This document shows positions 48,362-58,381 of a DNA stretch of 64,000 bases, piece by piece. Position 1 is the first letter of the stretch; the number at the start of each line of letters is the position of its first letter. The stretch is from Candidatus Eiseniibacteriota bacterium (GTDB lineage: Bacteria > Eisenbacteria > RBG-16-71-46). The notes under the pieces were generated by a model. That model ran no database searches. It saw only the letters and a list, made by a program, of their open reading frames with translations, and was not told the DNA's origin. Position numbers and translations under genes: made by a program. Location: positions 768,001 through 832,000 of the forward strand of contig OY970178.1 of assembly GCA_963707915.1 (NCBI GenBank). The letters are read 5' to 3'.

Positions 48362-49287
48362 TGGCCGCCCGCGCGCAGCGCCGCCGGCCCGCCCCGGCGA
48401 AGCCCGTGTTCCTCCACCCGGCCCTGGCCGACGCCTTCGAGATCTACTTCAAGGACGCGCTCACCGAGCGCTGCGCCGGACCGCCGAGACTGCGCCAGGC
48501 GATGCGCTACGCGGCGCTGGGGCCCGGCAAGCGGGTGCGCCCGCTGCTCGTGCTGCTGTCCTGCGAGGCCGTCGCGGGCGACTGGTTCCACGCGCTGCCG
48601 GCGGCGGTGGCGGTCGAGTGCGTGCACGCCTTCTCGCTGGTGCACGACGACCTGCCCGCGATGGACGACGACGACTATCGCCGCGGCCGGCTCACCACCC
48701 ACAAGAAGTACGGCGAGGCCCTGGGCCTGCTCGCCGGCGACGCCCTGCTGGCCTTCGCCTTCGAGGAGCTGGCGATGCTCGAGGGCGCCGGCGTCCCGCC
48801 GTCCCGGGTGCTCGAGGCGGTGCGGCGGCTGGCGCGCGCCGCCGGCTCCGACGACCTGGTCGGCGGCCAGGCCCTCGACATGGCGGCCGAGGGACGACGC
48901 AAGGTGAGAGCGGCCGACGTCGAGGCCATCCACACGCGCAAGACCGGCGCGCTGATGGGCGCCTGCCTCGCGCTCGGCGCCATCGCCGGGGGCGCGGACC
49001 CGCGCACGGTCGCCGTGCTCGACGACGCCGGCCGGCTGTTGGGCCTGGTCTTCCAGATCCACGACGACCTGCTGAACGCCGGCTCGTCGCTGCGTAAGCT
49101 GGGCAAGCGCACCGGTACGGACGCGGCCCGCGGCAAGGCCACGTACCATCGCGCGGTCGGGAAGCCGGCGGCGCTGAGGAAGGAACGCGAGCTCCTGCGC
49201 TCCGCCCGGATCATCATCGAGGCGCACTGCGAGCACCCTGCCCGGTTGCTCGCGCTGCTCGACGCCCTCGCGGTGAGGGAGAAGTAG
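48361..49287 (+). CDS. ispA: Polyprenyl (farnesyl/geranyl) diphosphate synthase
   Basis: GKRVRP, SLVHDDLPAMDDDDYRRG, GQALD, KTGAL, FQIHDDLL, GKATY. Confidence 0.94.
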   Translation: MAARAQRRRPAPAKPVFLHPALADAFEIYFKDALTERCAGPPRLRQAMRYAALGPGKRVRPLLVLLSCEAVAGDWFHALPAAVAVECVHAFSLVHDDLPAMDDDDYRRGRLTTHKKYGEALGLLAGDALLAFAFEELAMLEGAGVPPSRVLEAVRRLARAAGSDDLVGGQALDMAAEGRRKVRAADVEAIHTRKTGALMGACLALGAIAGGADPRTVAVLDDAGRLLGLVFQIHDDLLNAGSSLRKLGKRTGTDAARGKATYHRAVGKPAALRKERELLRSARIIIEAHCEHPARLLALLDALAVREK

Positions 49288-49501
49288 GGGCGTTCCGGCC
49301 CGTGCGCGCGGGCCGGTTCCTCCCCGCCCTCGAGTGCGTGCGCCCCGGTCCTCCGACCGGCGGCACCGTGCGATCCGTCTCACCCTCGCGGGCGGCGCGC
49401 CCGCCCGAGCGGGACTCCCCGACGCCGCCGGCCCGCCGCCGGGGCCGTGCGCGGCCCCCTTGCCGCCACCCGCGCTCGCCCTTATCTTCAAGGCCCCCCG
49501 C

Positions 49502-49990
49502 ATGGGGCGCGCTGGCCGACACCTGGCCGGCGTTCGCACGGGACCTCGAACAGGAGCCGACACCACGGGACCGTTCTGGATCGCCCTCATCATCGGGTTC
49601 ATCGTCCAGGGCTACAAGGGCCTGGCCTGGTACGTCAAACACCGCCGCTGGAACCTGCGGCGCTTCGTCGAGACCGGCGGCATGCCCTCGGCGCACGCGG
49701 CCGCGGTCTCGGCGCTCACCACCGCAGTCGGCCTGACCCAGGGGTTCGGCTCCGTCCTCTTCGGGGTCACGCTCTACTTCAGCCTCGTCATCATGTACGA
49801 CGCGGCGGGGCTGCGCCGCGCCGCCGGGAAGCAGGCCGTCATCCTGAACCGGCTGATCGAGGAGCACTTCGTCCACCCGCAGGCGGACACGCAGCGCCTC
49901 ATGGAACTGCTCGGTCACACGCCCTTCGAGGTCGCCGTGGGGGCGGTGCTGGGAGTGGCGAGCGCCCTGCTCTGGAACCTGGTCTTCTGA
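49502..49990 (+). CDS. Divergent PAP2 (DUF212) family membrane protein
   Basis: TGGMPSAH, IMYDAAGLRRAAGKQA, ELLGHTPFEV. Start uncertain. Confidence 0.88.
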   Translation: MGRAGRHLAGVRTGPRTGADTTGPFWIALIIGFIVQGYKGLAWYVKHRRWNLRRFVETGGMPSAHAAAVSALTTAVGLTQGFGSVLFGVTLYFSLVIMYDAAGLRRAAGKQAVILNRLIEEHFVHPQADTQRLMELLGHTPFEVAVGAVLGVASALLWNLVF

Positions 49991-51888
49991 TGGGCCTGCT
50001 CGAGGGCATCCACTCGCCGGCCGACCTGAAGGAGCTCTCGCTCCCGCAATTGACCGCGCTCGCCGCCGAGCTGCGCCACATCATCATCCAGACCGTCGCG
50101 CGGCGCGCGGGACACCTGGCGCCGAATCTCGGCGTGGTCGAGCTGACCGTCGCCCTGCACCGCGTGTTCGACTCGCCCCGGGACCGGATCATCTGGGACG
50201 TCGGGCACCAGTGCTACACGCACAAGCTGCTCACCGGCCGCTACGAGCGCTTCGACACGCTGCGCACCGCGGGCGGCATCGCCGGCTACCCGCGCCGCGC
50301 CGAGAGCGAGCACGACCCCTTCGGGGCCTCGCACGGCAGCACCTCGATCTCCGCGGCGCTGGGCTTCGCCGTGGCGCGCGACCTGCGCGGCGGGAACGAG
50401 CACGTGGTGGCGGTGATCGGGGACGGCGCGCTCACCGGCGGGATGGCCTACGAGGGCCTCAACAACGCGGGCGAGCTGCAGAAGCGGCTCATCGTGGTCC
50501 TCAACGACAACGACATGAGCATCGCCCCCAACGTCGGGGCGATCGCGCAGTACCTGACCCGGCTCACCACCAGCCGCGTCTACCGGCGCTTCGAACGCGA
50601 CGTCTGGGACCTGCTGGGCAAGCTGCCGCCGGCCTGGCGCGCGCGCGAGGGCGCGCGCCGCATCAAGGAGGGCCTGCAGAACCTGGTGGTGCCGACCGTG
50701 CTGTTCGAGGAGCTGGGCTTCAAGTACTTCGGCCCCATCGACGGCCACGACCTCGAAGCACTGCTGGAGACGCTGGGCGACCTCAAGCGCTTCGAGGGCC
50801 CGACCCTGCTCCACGTCGTGACCACCAAGGGCAAGGGCTACGGCCCGGCCGAGGCGCACAAGACGCTGTTCCACGGCGTCGGCGTCTTCGACCCCGAGAC
50901 CGGCGAGGCCCTCAAGGGCGCGCGCCCGACCTACACCAGCGTCTACGGCGAGACCGTGCTCGAGATCGGCAGGCAGGTGCCGGAGACGGTCGCGGTGACC
51001 GCGGCGATGGCCGACAACACCGGCCTCAAGGCCTTCTCGCTCGAGTTCCCGCAGCGCTTCTTCGACGTCGGGATGGCCGAGGAGCACGCGGTCACGTTCT
51101 CGGCCGCGCTCGCCGCGAACGGCCTGATCCCGCTCGCCACGATCTACTCGACCTTCCTGCAGCGCGCCTTCGACCAGATCCTCCACGACGCCGCCGTGCA
51201 GGACCTCGCCATCGTCCTGGTGGTCGACCGCGCCGGGCTCGTGGGGGAGGACGGCGCCCCGCAGCACGGCGCGTTCGACCTCACCTACCTGCGGATGGTC
51301 CCGGGCATGACGCTGATGGCGCCCGCCAACGGCGAGGAGCTGCGCGACATGCTCTGGACGGCGGTGAGGATGCAGCCCGCCGCCACGGGACCGATCGCGG
51401 TGCGCTTCCCGCGCGCCCCGATCCCCGAGGCCAGCCTGCCCCGGCGGGCCCCGGCGCTGATCGCGCCCGGCACCGCGCTGCAGCTCCGCGCCGGGGGCGA
51501 CGTCGCGCTGATCGCCATCGGCACCATGGTGCTGCCCGCGCTGGCGGCCGCCGAGTTGCTCGCCGCGGAGGGCGTCTCGGCCACCGTCGTCAACGCCCGC
51601 TTCGTCTGCCCGCTCGACGAGCGGGTCATCACCGGGCTGGCCCGCTCGGTCGGACGCATCGTCACCGTCGAGGAGAACGTCCCGATGGGCGGCTTCGGCA
51701 GCGCGGTCAGCGAGTGCCTCGACCGCCACGAGCTCTCGGCGACGCCGTTGATGCGCCTGGCGCTGCCCGAGCGGTTCGTCGCGCACGGCAGGCGCGACGA
51801 GCTCCTGCAACAGGTCGGGCTCGACGCCGCGGGCATCGCCCGCCGGACCCGCGAGTGGGTCCGCACCCAGCAGCTGCACTTCTCATGA
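49990..51888 (+). CDS. dxs: 1-deoxy-D-xylulose-5-phosphate synthase
   Basis: GHLAPNLGVVEL, WDVGHQ, IGDGALTGGMA, NDNDMSI, YSTFLQRAFDQ, DRAGLVGEDG. Confidence 0.98.
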   Translation: MGLLEGIHSPADLKELSLPQLTALAAELRHIIIQTVARRAGHLAPNLGVVELTVALHRVFDSPRDRIIWDVGHQCYTHKLLTGRYERFDTLRTAGGIAGYPRRAESEHDPFGASHGSTSISAALGFAVARDLRGGNEHVVAVIGDGALTGGMAYEGLNNAGELQKRLIVVLNDNDMSIAPNVGAIAQYLTRLTTSRVYRRFERDVWDLLGKLPPAWRAREGARRIKEGLQNLVVPTVLFEELGFKYFGPIDGHDLEALLETLGDLKRFEGPTLLHVVTTKGKGYGPAEAHKTLFHGVGVFDPETGEALKGARPTYTSVYGETVLEIGRQVPETVAVTAAMADNTGLKAFSLEFPQRFFDVGMAEEHAVTFSAALAANGLIPLATIYSTFLQRAFDQILHDAAVQDLAIVLVVDRAGLVGEDGAPQHGAFDLTYLRMVPGMTLMAPANGEELRDMLWTAVRMQPAATGPIAVRFPRAPIPEASLPRRAPALIAPGTALQLRAGGDVALIAIGTMVLPALAAAELLAAEGVSATVVNARFVCPLDERVITGLARSVGRIVTVEENVPMGGFGSAVSECLDRHELSATPLMRLALPERFVAHGRRDELLQQVGLDAAGIARRTREWVRTQQLHFS

Positions 51889-52763
51889 GCCCGCGCCTGG
51901 GCCGCGTCGCCATCTCGGGCCACATCGGCCGGCCCGAGGTGCGCCGGGCCACCGCGCTGCTGCGCACGCGGCTCGCCCGGCGCGGCTGCGACGTCCGCGT
52001 CGAGCAGGCCCTGGCCGCCACCCTCGACCGCGAGGGGCAGCCGCTCGCCCGGCTCGCCGCCTGGTGCCAGCTGCTCGTCGCGCTGGGCGGCGACGGCAGC
52101 GTGCTCACCGGCGGCCGCGCGCTCGCCGGGCGCCGCGGGGTCCTGCTCGGGATCAACTTCGGCGGCCTCGGTTTCCTTGCCGCCGCGGAGCAGGGCGAGC
52201 TCGTGCCCGCCGTGGAGGCGGCGCTCGCGCGCGCCTGGCCGGTCGCGCCGCGCCGGCTGCTGCGCGCGCGGGTGCTGCGCCGCGGGCGGCCGGTGGCCCG
52301 GGCCTTCGCCATGAACGACGCGGTCGTCAAGGGCATGGGCGGGTACGCCGCCATCCACCTGCAGATGCGCGCCCTCGGCCAGGACCTCGGCCACCTGGTG
52401 GCCGACGGGCTCATCGCGGCGACCGCGGCGGGCTCGACCGCCTACTCGCTCTCGGCCGGCGGCCCGGTGCTCTCGCCCGAGGTGGAGGCCATCGTGGTCA
52501 CGCCCGTCTGCGCGCACTCGCTGGGCAGCCGCTCGCTCGTGCTGTCGCCGGACGACGAGCTGGCGCTGCGGCTCATCGGCTCGCTCGACCAGACCGTGCT
52601 CATGCTCGACGGGCAGGAGCACGTTCCGCTCGAGCCCGACGACGAGATCCGCATCCGCCTCGACCGCACCGCCGTGCGGGTCGTGCGCAACCCGGGCCGG
52701 CCCTTCGCGCACTCACTCCAGGTCAAGCTCGGCTGGCAGGGGAGTACGCGGCGGAGCATGTGA
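51885..52763 (+). CDS. nadK: NAD kinase
   Basis: LGGDGS, GINFGGLGFL, MNDA, DGLIAAT..GSTAYSLSAGGP. Confidence 0.93.
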   Translation: MSPRLGRVAISGHIGRPEVRRATALLRTRLARRGCDVRVEQALAATLDREGQPLARLAAWCQLLVALGGDGSVLTGGRALAGRRGVLLGINFGGLGFLAAAEQGELVPAVEAALARAWPVAPRRLLRARVLRRGRPVARAFAMNDAVVKGMGGYAAIHLQMRALGQDLGHLVADGLIAATAAGSTAYSLSAGGPVLSPEVEAIVVTPVCAHSLGSRSLVLSPDDELALRLIGSLDQTVLMLDGQEHVPLEPDDEIRIRLDRTAVRVVRNPGRPFAHSLQVKLGWQGSTRRSM

Positions 52764-52765
52764 TC

Positions 52766-54448
52766 GTGCTCGAGCGCCTGGTCATCCGCGACCTCGTGCT
52801 GGTGGAGCGGGCCGAGGTGGAGTTCGGCCCCGGTCTCAACGTGGTGACCGGCGAGACCGGCGCCGGCAAGTCGCTCCTGGTGCAGGCCGTGGACCTGCTG
52901 ACCGGCGGCCGCGCCGACCCCGGCGTGGTGCGCGACGGCGCGAAGGCCGCGGTGGTCGAGGGCGAGTTCCGCCCGTCCGCGCGCGCCAACCTGCGGATCG
53001 GGCCGCTGCTCGCCGCCTGGGGCGTCGAGTACGACGGCGAGAGCCTCATCCTGCGGCGCGAGGTCCAGGCCGGCGGCAAGAGCCGCGCCCTGGTGAACCA
53101 GTCGGCGGTGACGCGCGGCGCGCTGCGCGAGCTCTGCGAGGCGCTCGCCGACCTCCACGGCCAGCACGAGCACCAGAGCCTGCTGCGCCCCGGCGCGGGA
53201 CTCGACACGCTCGACCGGCTCGCCGCGCTCGACGGCGAGAGCGCCCGCTACGCGCAGGCGCTGGCCGCCTGGCGCGCCGCCGCCGCGCAACTCGAGGCGC
53301 TCGAGCGCTCGCTGGCGACCCACGCCGAGCGGCGCGAGGAGATGGAACAGGCGGCGCGCGAGCTGGACGAGGCCCGCCTGCGCGTCGGCGAGGAGGAGGA
53401 GCTGCGGCGCGAGGCGACGCGCCTCGCCCACGCCGACCGCCTGCGCGAGCTGGTGGGGCACGCGCTCGACCGGCTCTCCGACGGCGAGACCCCGGCGGTG
53501 GACGCCATCGCCCAGGCCGCCCGCGCGCTCGAACAGGCCGCCGCCCTCGACCCGGGCCTGGCGGGTTCCCTGCCCGCGCTCGACGAGGCGCGCATCGCCA
53601 CCGCCGAGGTGGCGCGCACGCTCGGCGACTACGCGTCGCGCCTCGAGGCCGACCCGGCCGCGCTCGAGCAGATCGAGTCCCGGCGCGAACGGATCGCCCG
53701 CCTCGAGCGCAAGCACCGCCGCGACGTGCCCGGGCTGATCGCCTGGCGCGAGGAGCTCGCCCGCGAGCTGGCCACCGGCGCGGACGCCGTGGCCGCGCTG
53801 GCGGAGGCGCGCGCCGCCGCGCAGCAGACCCACGCCGGCTGCCTGGCCGCGGCACGGGCGCTGTCGCGCCGGCGCCAGGCGGCAGCGCGGGACTGGGGGA
53901 GGAAGCTCACGGGGGAGATGAAGCCGCTCGGGATGCCGCACGCCACCCTCGGCTTCCAGGTCGAGCCGGACGACCGCCCGGAGCCTGGATTCGGCGCGAA
54001 CGGGCTCGACCAGGTCGAGATCATGTTCGGCGCCAATCCCGGCGAGCCGGTGCGACCGCTCCAGAAGGTCGCCTCCGGCGGGGAGCTCTCCCGGTTGATG
54101 CTGGCTCTGAAGGTAGCGCTGGAAGCCCAAGACCCCGTTGACCTTCTGTTGTTCGATGAAGTGGATTCCGGGGTCGGCGGGGCGGTCGCCCAGGCGGTCG
54201 GTGAACGTCTCAAGCAGCTCGCCCGCCATCGCCAGGTCGTATGCGTGACCCACCTGCCGATGATCGCCGCGCTCGCCGCGCATCACTTGCGGGTCGACAA
54301 GTCCGTGACGGCCGGCCGCACGTTGGCGCGCATCGCCGCCATCGATGGCAGCGAGCGCGTCGAGGAGCTCGCCCGGATGCTGGCCGGCGACCGCGTCACC
54401 GACACGACGCGGCGGCAGGCGCGCGAACTGCTGGGGGCCGGCGCGTGA
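52766..54448 (+). CDS. recN: DNA repair protein RecN
   Basis: TGETGAGKS, HGQHEHQ, ASGGELSRLML, FDEVDSG, CVTHLP. Confidence 0.96.
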   Translation: MLERLVIRDLVLVERAEVEFGPGLNVVTGETGAGKSLLVQAVDLLTGGRADPGVVRDGAKAAVVEGEFRPSARANLRIGPLLAAWGVEYDGESLILRREVQAGGKSRALVNQSAVTRGALRELCEALADLHGQHEHQSLLRPGAGLDTLDRLAALDGESARYAQALAAWRAAAAQLEALERSLATHAERREEMEQAARELDEARLRVGEEEELRREATRLAHADRLRELVGHALDRLSDGETPAVDAIAQAARALEQAAALDPGLAGSLPALDEARIATAEVARTLGDYASRLEADPAALEQIESRRERIARLERKHRRDVPGLIAWREELARELATGADAVAALAEARAAAQQTHAGCLAAARALSRRRQAAARDWGRKLTGEMKPLGMPHATLGFQVEPDDRPEPGFGANGLDQVEIMFGANPGEPVRPLQKVASGGELSRLMLALKVALEAQDPVDLLLFDEVDSGVGGAVAQAVGERLKQLARHRQVVCVTHLPMIAALAAHHLRVDKSVTAGRTLARIAAIDGSERVEELARMLAGDRVTDTTRRQARELLGAGA

Positions 54449-55932
54449 CGGTCCGCGGCGGCCGACCTGCGAGCCCCGGGCGCGAGGAGTTCCGCGCGCT
54501 CGCGGCCGGCGGCCGGCTGGTCCCGGTGTCCCGCGACGTGCCCGCCGACCACGAGACGCCGGTCTCCGCCTTCCGCAAGCTCGACGACGGCGCGCATGCC
54601 TTCCTGCTCGAGAGCCTGGAGGGCGGCGAGAAGTGGGGACGGTTCTCCCTGCTGGGGAGCCGGCCCGCGGCGGTCTTCACCGCCCGCGGGGAGCGCTGCG
54701 AGATCCTCGAGGACGGCGTCACGCGCGCCTGCTCCGGCCGGCCGCTCGACGAGCTGCGCTCGCTGCTCGCGTCCCGGCAAGCCGTCGCCCTGCCGGGATT
54801 GCCGCGCTTCTGCGGCGGCGCGGTGGGCTACCTCGGCTGCGGCGCCGCGCGCTGGTTCGGCCGGGGCCCCGCGCGGGGGACGGCGGAGCCCGCGCCGCCC
54901 GATGCCGTGTTCCTGCTCACCGACGTCGTCACCGTCTTCGACCACGTCGCGCACACCGTCCGGGTCGTGACCCACGCGCGCGGCGGGGACGACCCCGGCA
55001 CGGCATGGGAGCGGGCGGTCGCGCGCCTCGACGCGGAGATCGCGCGGCTCGAGGTCCCGCAGGCGTGGCCGGCGACGGCCGCCGCGACGCCGCTCGCCGA
55101 GCCGGTTTCGTCGTCCACGACCGCGGAGTTCGCGGCCGCGGTCGAGCGCGCCCGGGAGCACGTCCGCGCGGGGGACGTGCTGCAGCTGACCCTGGCGCGG
55201 CGCCTGAGCGCCCCGGTGCAGGTCCCCGCCTTCGAGGCCTACCGGGCCCTGCGCCGGGCCGCTCCGTCCCCCTACGCCCACTTCCTTCGGCTCGGTGAGC
55301 TGTGCATCGCGGGCTCTGCGCCGGGCTCGCTGCTGCGGCGCGTGGAGGACGTGGTCGAGGCGCACGTCCTCACCGGTAGGCGGCCGCGCGGCCGCACGGC
55401 GGAGGAGGACCGCAGGCTGGAGGAGGAACTGCTCGCCGGGGAGCGGGAGCGCGCCGCCCACGCCCTGGGAGTGGACCTGGCGCGCAGCGACGTCGGCGAC
55501 GTCGCCGAGCCCGGCTCGGTCGGCACCTGCGGGTGGCTGGAGGTGGAGCGCCATTCGCCGGCGATGCACCTGGCCTCCAGCGTGCGGGGCCGGCCCCGGC
55601 CGGATGCCGGGCCTCTGGACCTGGTGCGGACCTGCTTCCCCGCAGGGAGCGACTGCGGCGTGCCCCGGGCGCGCGCCCTGGAATTGATCGCGGAGCTGGA
55701 GCCGGCGACACGCGGGATCCACGCCGGGGCGGTGGGATACTTCGACCTGCGCGGCGGCCTGGACCTGTGCAGCTCCGCGCGCGCGCTGGTCTTCACGCGA
55801 GGACGGGCCGAGTGGAGCGCCGGGGCCGTGATCGGCGCGGACACCGATGCCGAGGCGGCGTGGCGGGAGACCGTCGACCAGGCCCGCGCGCCCGGGCTCG
55901 CCCTCCAGCAGGCCGCGGGGACCGTGCGATGA
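54445..55932 (+). CDS. trpE: Anthranilate synthase component I homologue with a degenerate active site
   Basis: FLLES, GGAVGY, PSPY, RPRG and FPAG are recognisable, but the catalytic motifs are altered (see findings). Confidence 0.85.
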   Translation: MTVRGGRPASPGREEFRALAAGGRLVPVSRDVPADHETPVSAFRKLDDGAHAFLLESLEGGEKWGRFSLLGSRPAAVFTARGERCEILEDGVTRACSGRPLDELRSLLASRQAVALPGLPRFCGGAVGYLGCGAARWFGRGPARGTAEPAPPDAVFLLTDVVTVFDHVAHTVRVVTHARGGDDPGTAWERAVARLDAEIARLEVPQAWPATAAATPLAEPVSSSTTAEFAAAVERAREHVRAGDVLQLTLARRLSAPVQVPAFEAYRALRRAAPSPYAHFLRLGELCIAGSAPGSLLRRVEDVVEAHVLTGRRPRGRTAEEDRRLEEELLAGERERAAHALGVDLARSDVGDVAEPGSVGTCGWLEVERHSPAMHLASSVRGRPRPDAGPLDLVRTCFPAGSDCGVPRARALELIAELEPATRGIHAGAVGYFDLRGGLDLCSSARALVFTRGRAEWSAGAVIGADTDAEAAWRETVDQARAPGLALQQAAGTVR

Positions 55933-56519
55933 TCGGGGTCATCGACAACCACGGCGCCTTCACCGGCAGCCTGCTGCAGTGCCTCGCGACGCTCGGCGCC
56001 CGTCTCGAGGTCCACGACAGCGGCACGGTGTCGGCCGACGCGCTGGCCGCCCGCCCGCTCGCGGGCCTGGTCCTGTCCTGCGGGCCGGGGACGCCCTCGG
56101 CCGCGGGGGTCACGCTCGCGGCCATCCGCCGATTCGCCGGCCGCATGCCCATCCTCGGCATCGGCCTCGGCCACCACGCGCTGGCCGAGGCCTACGGCGC
56201 CCGCCTGGTGCCGGCCCCGCACCTCCTGCACGGCGCCAGCTGCCCGGTGCTGCACCGCGGACGCGGGCTCTTCGCCGGGCTCGACAACCCCTTCCCGGCG
56301 GCGCGCTATCATGCGCGGACCGTCGAGCGCGGGTCGCTTCCCGACGCGCTCCAGGTCGCGGCCTGGACCCCGACCGGGGAAGTCATGGGGCTGCGGCATC
56401 GCGATCACGACAGTTGGGGTGTACAGTTCGCGCCCCAGTCCATCCTGACCGGCCCGGGCCCGAGGCTCGTGGAGAACTTCCTCTCGCTGTGCCGACAACC
56501 AAGGGAGGTACCCCAGTGA
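55929..56519 (+). CDS. trpG: Anthranilate synthase component II (GATase) homologue lacking the Cys-His-Glu triad
   Basis: IDN..., GPG.P, PILGIGLGH, ARYH, GVQFAPQS. Confidence 0.85.
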   Translation: MIGVIDNHGAFTGSLLQCLATLGARLEVHDSGTVSADALAARPLAGLVLSCGPGTPSAAGVTLAAIRRFAGRMPILGIGLGHHALAEAYGARLVPAPHLLHGASCPVLHRGRGLFAGLDNPFPAARYHARTVERGSLPDALQVAAWTPTGEVMGLRHRDHDSWGVQFAPQSILTGPGPRLVENFLSLCRQPREVPQ

Positions 56520-57523
56520 TCCGAACGGCCATCGCACGCGCCGTGCTCCGCGAAGACCTGCCGCGGGAGCTGGCGCGCGCCAGCATGGTGCAGATCCTCG
56601 ACGGCGACGCCACCCCGGCGCAGATCGCCGCCCTCGCCGTGGCGCTCCGCATGAAGGGCGAGGCGCCCGAGGAGATCGCCAGCATGGCCGAGGCGATGCG
56701 CGAGCGCGTGCCGCCGCTCCGCACCAAGCGCACGCCGCTGCTCGACACCTGCGGCACCGGCGGCGACAACGCCGGCACGTTCAACATCTCGACCACCTCG
56801 GCCATCGTGGTGGCGTCGTGCGGGGTGGCGGTCGCCAAGCACGGCAACCGCGCGGTGTCGAGCCGCACCGGCAGCGCCGACGTGCTCGAGGCCCTCGGCG
56901 TGGGCCTCGACCTGACGCCCGGGAGCGCGGCGCGCTCGCTCGACCTGCTGGGCATCACCTTCCTGTTCGCCCCCAACTACCACGCCGCGCTGCGCCACGC
57001 CGCCGGCCCGCGCCGCGAGATCGGCGTGCGCACCATCCTCGACCTGCTCGGCCCGCTCACCAACCCGGCCGGCGCGCGACGGCAGTTGATCGGCGTGTTC
57101 TCCGACCGCCTGGTGCGCCGCATCGCCGAGGTCCTGAAGCTGCTGGGCAGCGAGCGCGCCTGGGTCGTGCACGGCCTCGACGGGCTGGACGAGCTGACGG
57201 TGCTGGGCCGCTCACACGTCGCCGAGCTGGACCGCGGCGAGATCCGCGAGTTCGAGGTGGACCCGGTGCCGCTGGGGCTCGCGCACCCCGACCGCAGCGG
57301 GATCGAGGGCGGCGACGCGCTCACCAACGCCGCGCGGATCCGCGCGGTGCTGGCGGGGGAGAAGGGGCCGGCGCGCGACATCGTCGCGCTCAACGCCGGC
57401 GGCGCGCTGGTGGTGGCCGGCGTGGTGGAGAACCTCGCCGCGGGCGTGGCCCAGGCCCAGGAGGCGATCGACAGCGGCCGGGCCGCGCGCAAGCTCGACG
57501 ACCTCCAGGCGTTCCGGGACTGA
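56516..57523 (+). CDS. trpD: Anthranilate phosphoribosyltransferase
   Basis: DTCGTGGD, FNIST, KHGNRAVSSRTGSAD, FLFAPNYH, LGPLTNP, HGLDGLDE. Confidence 0.95.
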   Translation: MIRTAIARAVLREDLPRELARASMVQILDGDATPAQIAALAVALRMKGEAPEEIASMAEAMRERVPPLRTKRTPLLDTCGTGGDNAGTFNISTTSAIVVASCGVAVAKHGNRAVSSRTGSADVLEALGVGLDLTPGSAARSLDLLGITFLFAPNYHAALRHAAGPRREIGVRTILDLLGPLTNPAGARRQLIGVFSDRLVRRIAEVLKLLGSERAWVVHGLDGLDELTVLGRSHVAELDRGEIREFEVDPVPLGLAHPDRSGIEGGDALTNAARIRAVLAGEKGPARDIVALNAGGALVVAGVVENLAAGVAQAQEAIDSGRAARKLDDLQAFRD

Positions 57524-57546
57524 GCCCGGCCGGGGAGGGCACGACC

Positions 57547-58170
57547 ATGTTCTGCATCCGCTGCGGCAACGGCCTGCCCGACGAGGCGGCGTTCTGCCCG
57601 TCCTGCGGCGCTCCGGTCGCGAGCGTCCCGGACGCGGGCGGGTCCGCGGCCCCGCCCGCGGCGATCCCCGGACCGTGGAGCGCGGCGCCGGCCGCACCAG
57701 CCGCCGCCGTCACGACCCCGAGCTACGCGGGCTTCTGGCGCCGGCTCTGGAGCTACCTGATCGACCGCTTCATCCTCGGCGTCCTGTTCACCCCGGTCGC
57801 CTTCCTGGTCATCCTGCCGGTCGCGGCCAGCCAGTCGAGCGACTGGATGGACACCGACCTGCCGGGGGAGGCGATCGCTGCGGTGATGGGCGCGGTGCTC
57901 ACCGTGGTGTTCCTCGCGCTGCTGGCCAGCTGGCTCTACTACGCGCTGATGCAGAGCTCGTCGCGGCAGGCGACGCTCGGCCAGATGGCGCTGGGCCTGC
58001 GGGTCACCGACCTCGAGGGACGCCGCATCTCCCTCGGGCGCGCGAGCGGGCGCCTCTTCGCGACCGTGCTCACCGGAATGACCTTCGGGCTCGGCTACCT
58101 CGCGGTGCTCTTCACGTCGCGCAAGCAGACCCTGCACGACCTGGTCGCCGGCACCGTGGTGGTGCGCTGA
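57547..58170 (+). CDS. Zinc-ribbon plus RDD family membrane protein
   Basis: MFCIRCG...FCPSCG, YAGFWRR...LID, QATLGQMALGLRV, KQTLHDLVAGT. Confidence 0.92.
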   Translation: MFCIRCGNGLPDEAAFCPSCGAPVASVPDAGGSAAPPAAIPGPWSAAPAAPAAAVTTPSYAGFWRRLWSYLIDRFILGVLFTPVAFLVILPVAASQSSDWMDTDLPGEAIAAVMGAVLTVVFLALLASWLYYALMQSSSRQATLGQMALGLRVTDLEGRRISLGRASGRLFATVLTGMTFGLGYLAVLFTSRKQTLHDLVAGTVVVR

Positions 58171-58269
58171 CCGGCGGCCGGGGGCCGGAGGGGCCCGCCG
58201 GCGCGCGAGGGGCCCGCGGCACGGGCGGCCGTCCGCTGCGCACCCCGCGTGACGGGGGTCCGCCCGCTG

Positions 58270-58278
58270 TGCTATAAA
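58270..58278 (+). promoter_or_regulatory. Extended -10 promoter element for tRNA-Arg
   Basis: TGcTATAAA, 11 nt upstream of the tRNA. Confidence 0.6.
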
Positions 58279-58289
58279 TCGCCGGTTGC

Positions 58290-58366
58290 GCGCCCGTAGC
58301 TCAATTGGATAGAGCGTTAGCCTCCGGAGCTAAAGGTTACAGGTTCAAATCCTGTCGGGCGTACCA
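58290..58366 (+). tRNA. tRNA-Arg (anticodon CCG)
   Basis: Acceptor GCGCCCG/CGGGCGT, anticodon arm TTAGC-CTCCGGA-GCTAA, GGTTCAAATCC, CCA. Confidence 0.97.
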
Positions 58367-58381
58367 CCTCCTCCGCCCCCC

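Noticed and set aside
47992..49287. Apparent XseB-IspA fusion in the ORF track
   Set aside because: One indel near 48240 gives a normal xseB ending TGA that overlaps the ispA ATG, and xseA next door has a similar indel.
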